Positions 55,501 through 64,000 of a DNA stretch of 64,000 nucleotides are shown here, piece after piece (position 1 is the first letter of the stretch; each line of letters opens with the position of its first letter). The notes beneath the pieces were generated by a model. The model was not told the origin of the DNA. It saw only the letters and a program-made list of their open reading frames with translations, and made no database searches. Where the stretch lies: positions 1,054,001 to 1,118,000 of the forward strand of contig NC_073396.1 in the NCBI RefSeq assembly GCF_028641065.1, written 5' to 3'. The translations under genes were made by a program, and so were the position numbers. The stretch comes from Leucoraja erinacea. Lineage: Eukaryota.

Positions 55501-58443
55501 AGATTTTCTCCTTTTTATAAAACTGCTATACATAGGGTTTTATTAATTATCACATCAGCAGCAATTCATATTTAATAATTTAAGCTCAATGATTCTTGGT
55601 TGAGTTTGTCTATCTACATGTAAATACACACTAATTCAATCTATGGGTTATGTTGCATTCAATATTAGTAAATTTCTAAGTGTTGAAAAGGAACAAGAAT
55701 TAAATTTGACAACTGGGGCAGTGTGGTTTAGCATCTGGAGGAGCTGTTTGCATTCTTATTTCAAGGCCAGATCACCCTCCTTGCTCTGCCTATTGAATGG
55801 GATAACACTGGGAAATATATGTCTTTTACATGTTTTCATTATAATTCCAAAGAAGAAAGAGGGGAACATAAAATTTGCCTGAACACTGTGATTTGTAAAC
55901 AATACAGATTTTATTTAAAAAAAGACTGCCAAATTCTGTGATGTGTAATGTTAGATTACTTAACAATCTGATCTTCCCAAGATAAAACATGGTCTTGGAC
56001 AGACTTTCAGTGACATCACATTTTGGTGTATATTTTCAATTTAAATCTCTGACTAATCAGTTTAATCTTCTTGCGTTTGGCGTGCACAGCCTAGAGTTGT
56101 AGGTCAACCTGTTCTATTTGGTCTATTTGTTTGTACACGTCGGGTTGATTGCGTTAGGCGAAGCAGGGTGGACCACGTGAAGGTTGCAATCTCCCATCGT
56201 ATCAGTTTGATAAAAAATCAGCAATATCTTTAACCTCGTTACTCTGGTAAAGGTTAGTTTATTTTGGAAATGTAAATTTGGAAAACATAAAAGTAATTTA
56301 AATTATTGAATGTATAAATATTTACATATTGTTGACTAAATGAGTTTACTTTATTAATTGTTATCATGCATTTTCTAGATAATTTGCGTTCCATCTGCTC
56401 TGCACTTCCACCTCACAAGTAAGCAAGCTTATTCTCTACAGTATTTGATAATTTCTGAGAAAAACATTAATTTAAAATAGTTGCTGTGAACTTTACGTTT
56501 TTATTTCTGTGCTACGAAAAATTGCTCACATTTTTTAGTCTGTGACTCTCTGAAAATAGACACCGTGGTGCAGCTGGTAGAGTGGTGGGCTCACGGCTGG
56601 TAGAGCGGTGGGCTCACGGCTGGTAGAACCGCGGGCTCACGGCTGGTAGAACCGCGGGCTCACGGCTGGTAGAGCCGCGGGCTCACGGCTGGTAGAGCCG
56701 CGGGCTCACGGCTGGTAGAACAGCGCCAGAGCCCCTGGTTCAAGTCTGGCCTCGCTTGCTGCCTGTGTGGACTTTGCACGTTCTCCCTGTGACTGTGGCT
56801 TTCCTCAGAGTGCTCCAGTTTCTTCCCATGTCCCAAAGACTTGTGGGTTTGTAGGTTAATTGACCTGGAAATTTCCCCTAGTGTGTAGGGAGTGGATGAG
56901 AAAATGGAGTAACTTAGAACTAGTGTGAAGGGGGTGATTGATAGAAACATAGAAAAAAATTGGTGCAGGAAGTAGGCCATTCGAGCCAACACCATCATTC
57001 AATATGATCATTGCCGATCATCCAGATTCACAACTCTCTGGGTGAAGAAGTCTTTCCTCATCTCGGTCCGAAATGGCCTGCCCCTTATTCTTAAACTGTG
57101 ACCCCTGGTTCTGGACTCCCCCCAACACTGGGAATATTTTTCCTGCATCTAGCCTGTCCAATCCTTTAAGAATCTTATCTGTTTCTATAAGATCCCCTCT
57201 CATCCCACTAAATTCCAGTGAATACAAGCCCAGTCGAACCATTGTTTCATTGACAATGACAATTCAATGACAATTAAATGTATCTTGTATCTTGTTGATG
57301 GTCTGCGTGGACTCAGTTGCTCAAAGGGTCTGTTTCCGCGTTGTATCTTTAAATCGATCAAAATAACTTAAATAGATATGAATATATTGGGCTGTCAATA
57401 AGCAGCATGCATCCAGAAAAAGAGATTGCGTCCTTCTTTATCTGTCTCTAACGTTATAGATATTTTAATTGTAATCAGCATTTTTCTTCAAGCATTCTAC
57501 ACCCAGTGAATTTTTATTCTCCGGGTCATCTGATCACTCAGTAACTGCCAGTGCCATATTTCTGGTGTACAGGTGGTTGGGGTCAGCTTACAGCTCCTGG
57601 CTCCCTCACCAAGTCACTGGGAGCTAAAGCTGCAGGTCTCAGTGACAGGGGGCCAGTGCTCCTTCACCAAGACTCTCAGCCTATTGGTGAAAGAACTCTG
57701 ACTGAGATCCTGGGTGGATAGAATGGATGTGGAGAGGATGTTTCCACAAGTGGGAGTGTCCAGGACCAGAGGTCACAGCGTCAGACGAAAAGGACGTATC
57801 TTTAAAAAGGAGATGAGGAGGAATTTATTTTGTCAGAGGATGGTGAATCTGTGCAATTCTTTGCCACAGAAGGCTGTGGAGGCCGTCAGTAGATATTTTA
57901 AAGGCAGAGATAGATAGATTCTTGATTAGTACGTGTGTCAATACCAATTATATAAAGACTTTTACATTGGAAATTGAATTTCATAGTAGGGATAAAATAA
58001 ACGTTTTTAGTGTGAGCTTGTAGAAAAACAATAGGGAATAGATAGCAGCAGCTGAAAATGGCTTTAGTTAATTTGCATTTCTTGCTTGCTGTCACCATTA
58101 ATCATCTATCATGCATTATTATCTCTCTTATTGTCACTTTTACGGGGATGATTGAGTGCTATGAGAATTAAAAAATATATATTATTATTGAACCTGATTT
58201 GCCAGGTCACGGATTTTAAGAAGTTGAACATAAGGAAAGCTAGTTGTAACGTTTATTTTGTTTCTGGACAGCTTGCTTCAGTTGGTTTTGACGGGACCAG
58301 TCCAGCAGCCATCACATACAGCGTTGCCGCCTGGCTTCTACCCACACATCCACACGTCCCCAGCTCGCTACCCCATGTACTCAACTCACCCGGTGCAGAC
58401 GTACATGCCGGGCATGGCTTTCTCCTATCGGCCGATCCGGTGA
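49368..58443 (+). CDS. INTS15: Integrator complex subunit 15 (C7orf26 orthologue), 6 coding exons, 440 aa
   Basis: Exons 49368-49559, 52008-52229, 53105-53270, 53997-54527, 56379-56418, 58272-58443 (1323 nt). N-terminus MTDIRHSLLRRDALSAAKE and C-terminus LPPGFYPHIH...RPIR* match C7orf26. Confidence 0.95.
51137..51535 (-). mobile_element. Penelope-like element 3' end with inverted terminal arms
   Basis: Degenerate HxFRLGSLHPxGMNIEF remnant plus the same pseudo-LTR in both orientations. Confidence 0.75.
52008..52229 (+). CDS. INTS15: INTS15 coding exon 2
   Basis: RLSSLQELQLLEIMCCYFQEQ...ECTAMWLQ. Confidence 0.95.
53105..53270 (+). CDS. INTS15: INTS15 coding exon 3
   Basis: RTHAVFCVKLAKVLVEDYC...ALYDLST. 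Confidence 0.95.
53613..53982 (-). mobile_element. CR1-like LINE 3' end inserted in the INTS15 3' splice-site region
   Basis: KIVKGLDTLEAG...FFSQRVVSLW; flanked by TTGTTCT at 53606-53612 and 53983-53989 (probable TSD). Confidence 0.88.
53997..54527 (+). CDS. INTS15: INTS15 coding exon 4
   Basis: DDLIPPQDLLEMVVSWVFEDPRL...ASGALLCAR. Confidence 0.95.
54610..54868 (+). repeat. 66-bp tandem array (~4 copies)
   Basis: Same unit as at 4631. Confidence 0.9.
56379..56418 (+). CDS. INTS15: INTS15 coding exon 5 (40 nt)
   Basis: DNLRSICSALPPH(N); phases 1/2 fit neighbours; compare human DDLRTLCSRLPHN. Confidence 0.88.
56560..57352 (+). mobile_element. HE1-like V-SINE with amplified head, interrupted by an antisense CR1 (~56941-57240)
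   Basis: 23-bp head repeat, B box GGTTCAAGTC, V-domain; tail resumes at ~57295. Confidence 0.75.
58272..58443 (+). CDS. INTS15: INTS15 last coding exon
   Basis: LLQLVLTGPVQQPSHTALPPGFYPHIHT...FSYRPIR*. Confidence 0.93.
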
Positions 58444-60059
58444 AAGATTCTCCATTACAAAGATATCCATCCACCTCGTTCGTGGATATGTATAGTTTTT
58501 GCATTGAAACCAATTGCGAAGAGTTATTTCAGTACCTTTTTTTAAAAACTGAAAATTTGTACTTATCAATGAAGATAAAATGAATTGGTTGAAACCATCT
58601 GCGTATTTTATACTTTCTTAATGAGGTTTACCAAACTTTTACCTACAGCAGTAACATGGTTAAGAATTTTGTACATCCACAGTTTTAAAAACACACCCAT
58701 CCTACATCAGTCTGACGAAGGGTTTCTGCCCGAAACGTTGCCTATTTCCTTCGCTCCATAGATGCTGCCGCACCCGCTTAGTTTCTCCATCACTTTTGTC
58801 TACCTTTAAAAACACACATCCTTCTTGTGGATTTAAGGAACTGCAGATGCTGGAAAATCGAAGGTACACATGTGTACCCGCTGAGTTATAACACAATATG
58901 TTTTTCTAAAAAGCTCCTTAATTTTGTAAAGTTTGTGCCTTTTATGAGCATCTTTCAAGTGAAAGAGTACACCAAATCTGCTGTTTTTCATTATTTGGAG
59001 CAGTGTAGAAGAATGAACAAGTTATGACTACTTTTAAAATAGAGCAAAATAAAATGTTGCATGAAAGTAACAGTGAAACTGTATACATAATGCCTTCTGA
59101 AAATTGGGCCAATGCACAGGTCACAAAAAGTACATCTCTCTCATCATTTAAGGATTATTATTCTTCTGCTTCAAGTATTACGATTTATTCGTATGACCAA
59201 TTAATGTATTGAATGAATGAATTAATACTTTGTCACGTGAGTAGTCCCTGTGAAATTCTTTGCTTGTATGCAACAGTCGCCACATCAGATTCAGATTCAA
59301 TCTTTATTGTCATTGTGCAGTGTACAGTACAGAAAGAACGAAAGGCCGTTGCTAAAGTTACAAAGTGTCACGTGCTAGGTTCACCTTTGTTCTCCACCCC
59401 ACCCCTCACGGTGGCCCATACCCTCAAGGCAGCCCCCTCCTCTCACGGCTCCCCCCCCCCTCCCCTCAATAGCAAGAATGTCCTTCTGGTTCTGGTTGAT
59501 TAGATTCAGATTCAGAAAACTTTATTGTCTGTTGTAACAGAAAATCTTCTTTGACATGGCTCAACATACAGACAGGACAATGTACTGATAAGCAGTCATA
59601 CAACACAGATTTCTGCGAGCACACACAGTGTGTATCGAGCTTAAAAGCAAATATAAAGATTAAAAACTGTAAAAATAGACAAGATAAAATTACTGGGCAA
59701 ACACCTCATAAGTGGTTATCTCGCTTAGGTCCTTCCTCAAATTAGGACAAAATGGGGCTAGTTCAGAATAGAAACATAGAAACATAGAAATTAGGTGCAG
59801 GAGTAGAGGCCATTCGGCCCTTCGAGCCTGCACCGCCATTCAATATGATTATGGCTGATCATCCAACTCAGTATCCCGTACCTGCCTTCTCTCCATACCC
59901 CCTGATCCCCTTAGCCACAAGGGCCACATCTAACTCCCTCTTAAATATAGCAATATAACTCTATGCAGAATAGCACAGAAACAAGGGCATGGTATTTGTG
60001 ATGTGAGTTTGTATCAGGGGCAATCCCCTTCAATGGCACTCTTGAGACTGTCAATCACC

Positions 60060-60600
60060 AGGCGAGTGGGCGGGACAGGAAGTAGCACCTGGAGGCGTGG
60101 TGAAATAGAGAAACGTCGGCGGGCGGGACGGGAAGTGACGTCACAGACGGGATGGATGGGCGGGCACCGGAAGCTACGTCGGCGGCGGTGGGGGGGGGGC
60201 GGGGACCGGAAGCTGCGTCGGCGGGCGGGCGGGCGGGCGGTTGAGTGCGGCGCTCCGCTGGTTCACTGTGAGGAGAATGCCCGCTCTCGCCCACTGATCC
60301 AACACGTCCCCCCCCCGGCCCCCCAGCCCCAGCCCAGCCCAGCCCGGCCCAGCCCAGCCCAGCCCGGCCCGGCCCCACGGATCGTCCCGCTCCTTCCCCG
60401 CACGTTGTGGCGGCAGCGAGGTGAGCGCCGGGCCGCGGGGGGAGGGGGCGACCCGCCCGTGGGGCGGGGCGGCGAGGCGGCGTCTGGGCGCATGCGCGGC
60501 ATGGACTGGGCGGGTCACACCGTTGACGGACGTGGGGGGCGACCAATCGGGACCGCAGCCTGTGGCGTAACTGGGCAACGCTGGGGGCGGGACCAAGAGT
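60060..60600 (+). promoter_or_regulatory. CpG-island housekeeping-type promoter and probable non-coding first exon of an unidentified gene
   Basis: ETS-CRE composite CGGGAAGTGACGTCAC 60129-60144, further CCGGAAG sites, GC boxes, NRF1 GCGCATGCGC 60488-60497, CCAAT; donor GAG|GTGAGC at 60421. Confidence 0.7.
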
Positions 60601-60867
60601 GAGGTCAGGGAGGGGGATGGGGCAGAGGTTACAGGTTAAGGGTCAGAGGGACGGGGGGGGGGGGGGGGAAGGGGTAAGGGGTTAGTCAGGAGTGTTTTAT
60701 TGTCCTTTGTCCCAGATAGAGCAATGACATTCTTACTTGGGGTAGCTGAGATTGTGGTGCGGGCCAGAGATGGTCTGACATGTCGCTGCCTGACCCCACT
60801 CCATTACACCAGCACCCATGGCGGCTTGACCTAGGAAACTGAGCCGCTTGGGGAAGGAGAACTGCTG

Positions 60868-61631
60868 ATAGAAACATAGAAACATAGAAATTAGGTGCAG
60901 GAGTAGGCCATTCGGCCCTTCGAGCCTGCACCGCCATTCAATATGATCCTGGCTGCTCATCCAACTCAGTAGCCCGTACCTGACTTCTCTCCATACCCTC
61001 TGATCCCCTGAGCCACAAAGGCCACATCTAACTCCCTCTTAAATATAGCCAATGAACTGGCCTCAACTACCCTCTGTGGCAGAGAGTTCCAGAGATTCAC
61101 CACTCTCTGTGTGAAAAAAGTTCTTCTCATCTCGGTTTTAAAGGATTTCCCCTTTATCCTTAAGCTGTGACCCCTTGTCCTGGACTTCCCTAACATCGGG
61201 AACAATCTTCCTGCATCTAGCCTGTCCAACCCCTTAAGAATTTTGTAAGTTTCTATAAGATCCCCTCTCAATCTTCTAAATTCTAGAGAGTATAAACCAA
61301 GTCTATCCAGTCTTTCTTCATAAGACAGTCCTGACATCCCAGGAATCAGTCTGGTGAACCGTCTCTGCACTCCCTCTATGGCAATAATGTCCTTCCTCAG
61401 ATTTGGAGACCAAAACTGTACGCAATACTCCAGGTGTGGTCTCACCAAGACCCTGTACAACTGCAGTAGAACCTCTCTGCTCCTATACTCAAATCCTTTT
61501 GCAATGAAAGCTAACATACCATTCGCTTTCTTTACTGCCTGCTGCACCTGCATGCCTACCTTCAATGACTGGTGTACCATGACACCCAGGTCTCGCTGCA
61601 TCTCCCCCCCTCCCAATCGGCCACCATTTAG
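60868..61631 (-). mobile_element. CR1-like LINE ORF2 3' fragment (longest in the window, frame still open)
   Basis: RDLGVMVHQSLK...LVRPHLEYCVQFWSP...GIRGYGEKSGTGY* plus tail. Confidence 0.93.
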
Positions 61632-62936
61632 ATGCTGGACGTTGGAGCCAAGCACAAAGTGCTGGAGGAATCTATGGAAGGATGACGTTTCAAGTCAAGA
61701 CCCTTCTGATGACTGATAGGAAGGATGACTGAATCAGTCTGTAGAAGGATCCGAAACGTCACCTGTCCATGTTCTCCAGGGACACTGCCTGACCTGGTGA
61801 GTTAATTGAGCACCCTGTTGTGTCTTTTGTCAACCAGCATCTGCCGGTTGCTAGTTTCTACATTCAGCCTAATGGAGTTGGGGCGGGCCAAAGACTGACA
61901 AGTGACGGGTAGATAAAGGTGCATGCATGGTGATTGAGCAACGGAAATGGTTTGGAACAGGGTTTTTCAATAAAGTGTGCCCATGTGATTCACTCGGATT
62001 GGAGTCGGCACATCAGAATGATCAGTTTATGAGACACAGTGTCTTTAATTGGTATCAAATGTAAGATGATAAATCTGCAATGGGTATATTATCTCATAGT
62101 GTATGAACAGCTTGTTGATGATAATTTAAGAATGAAACGTTATCTTTGTTCTCTGTGTGGGTGGGTGAAGTGATGCAGACAACTCACCCAACGTTCTCCA
62201 ATGGAATAAGAAGGAACTGGAGATGCTGGTTTATACTAGTGTGGGCGTTCTACAGTATTGCAACAGGAAACAAACTCCATTGGAGAATAAACACAAAATG
62301 CTGGAGTAACTCAACAGTTCAGGCATCTCTGGAGAAAATGGATATGTGTCGTTTCGGGGTAAGACACGTCTTCAGACCTGAAAGTTCTCTAGAGAACGTC
62401 ATGTGCTCCAGAGGTGCTGCCTGAACCACTCAACAACTCTAGCACTTTGTGCCTATTCTCTAATGGGGTTTGTTTCCTGATGCAAAACTGAAAAAAGCCC
62501 ACGTTAGAATTTCATAAATTGCCATTTCCTCGTCATCCATCTGGAGTGTGATGTTTGATGAGTGAAAATACGTAGTTGCTTCCAATCAGAAGCTTACCCA
62601 TTCCCCGACCAGCTTTATGGCCATATCTTTTCTTTGTCATATTTACGATTGTGCACTCCTGCCATTAACAAAGCGGTAATTTCCTCGGTTGATTGATTCA
62701 GCTGTGATTTCATCTCGTGTGGGTCTCTGCCCACCAAAGTAAGTCTGCCTCCTTCAGTGTTACCATTTTGGACATTGTTTAAATGAGCTGTGGTACAAGT
62801 TAAATGTTGTTCGTATTGATTGGGCCCCATCTGCATCAGAATAAGTGTGAAGAAATGTCTCGACCCGAAACGTCACCCATTCCTTCTCTCCAGAGATGCT
62901 GCCTGTCCCAGTATTTTGTGTCTACGAGGAAATGTT

Positions 62937-63150
62937 GGGACGACAGATGGCGCAATGGGCTAAGTGTTCGCCTGGCGACCGGAAGGTAGCCGGTTCGAAT
63001 CCCGCTTGGAGTGCATACTGTCGTTGTGTCCTTGGGGCAAGACACTTCACCCACTTTTGCCTGTGTGTAAAATGTAATGTAATTATGTGAAGCACTTTGG
63101 GGTCAATGCAAGTTGACTAAAAATGTGCTATATAAATAAGATTATTATTA
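62937..63150 (+). mobile_element. tRNA-derived CORE-SINE with L2-like tail
   Basis: A box TGGCGCAATGG, B box GGTTCGAATCCC, CORE gtgtccttggggcaagacactt, tail tgtgaagcactttg...gctatataaat...(ATT)n. Confidence 0.8.
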
Positions 63151-63409
63151 CCTTCGGAGTAAGTGATATCTGGTCCAGTAACAATCATTGCACCAAAACA
63201 CTGTTTATGAGCATTATGAATTTAAAGGGGGATTCGGTGTTGATCAAACTCAGTGGGTGAGGCAGCATCTATCTCCATAGATGCTCCCTCACCCGCTGAG
63301 TTTCTCCAGCATTTTTGTCTACCTTCGATTTTCCAGCATCTGCAGTTCCTTCTTAAACATTCAGTGTTGATCATATTGTTTTAGTTGGATCCAAGTTGAG
63401 TCACGATAT

Positions 63410-63750
63410 CAGTTTCCATTCCTAAAAGGCAGCAGTGAACTTGTCCGACGGCCCGGGACTCTTGCACTGAGCCTGCTCCGTGGCCGGAGCTGCAGCGAGC
63501 AGCTCGCCAGCCCGGCAAACACTTGCCAGCCCCGGCTCCCCATCCGCATCCGCCCCCGCTTCTGCTTCCATCCCTCCCTCAGCCCCGGCTCTCCCAACAC
63601 TTGCGGCCCATGCACTAGATAAGAGTTTTTAAATTCTCGTTGATCACAGAATTTCTCACGACAGAGTGTGAGAAATTTGTGATCCGCGTGAGAGCGTGAG
63701 AATTTGTCGAAATGCCCGAGTCTCTTAAAGCGTGAGAGTTGGCAGCCCTG
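63410..63750. mobile_element. hAT-like transposon end fragment
   Basis: Ends GTTGGCAGCCCTG (reverse complement CAGGGCTGCCAAC) with CGTGAGA subterminal repeats; opposite TIR not seen. Confidence 0.5.
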
Positions 63751-64000
63751 CCTATCCATGTTCTCCAGAGATGCTGCCAGACCCGCTGAGTTACTCCAGC
63801 ACTCTGTGTCTAAATATGGCTACTGTCTAGACCTATGTGGTAGAAGCAGGTTTTGATTTCTATCTTGTCCTTCAACAGCTACATTTTGGATATAAATATG
63901 GCAGAATTCCACTGAATTCACTTATGTAATTCACTTTCTAAATGAGGTTGATTGAAATGCACTGTGCAATGATTGTATGTGCTTTATTTTGAAGAGTTTG

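Noticed and set aside
60003-60602. 199-aa ORF over the CpG island
   Set aside because: GTG start, GC-driven Arg/Gly/Pro composition, no recognisable homology.
62937-63010. Possible tRNA gene (good A and B boxes)
   Set aside because: Runs directly into a CORE domain and a LINE-like tail with no proper acceptor stem or Pol III terminator; it is a SINE head.
63879-63930. Possible coding exon after a good acceptor (ttcaacag)
   Set aside because: All frames are short and match no protein I recognise; at most a UTR exon.

Overview
Vertebrate genomic DNA, most likely from a cartilaginous fish such as a skate or ray. This is inferred from the HE1/V-SINE, CR1/HER1-like LINE and Penelope-derived repeat content. 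Four multi-exon genes were rebuilt by hand from splice sites and remembered protein homology: CLCN7 (minus; exons 1-14 in the window, rest off the left edge), PTX4 (minus; complete, 459 aa), ECI1 (plus; complete, 305 aa) and INTS15/C7orf26 (plus; complete, 440 aa). A fifth CpG-island promoter near 60.1-60.6 kb has no coding exon I can recognise. Introns and intergenic DNA are full of CR1, Rex/Babar and Penelope-like (PLE) fragments, SINEs, a decayed Tc1 element, Helitron-like elements and other DNA transposons, and there is a 160-N gap. Main points of interest: (1) the dominant palindromic PLE-derived repeat carries a minimal hammerhead-ribozyme core in many copies on both strands, and also gives rise to 66-bp tandem arrays; (2) two Helitron 3' ends are each followed at the same offset by a copy of the Helitron 5' motif; (3) a CR1 inserted inside an INTS15 3' splice site and may now supply the branch point; (4) a U12 intron in CLCN7; (5) a CpG-rich minisatellite and M-box at the CLCN7 promoter; (6) a decayed partial copy of PTX4 exon 2. 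No database searches were run, so all family names come from motif recognition.
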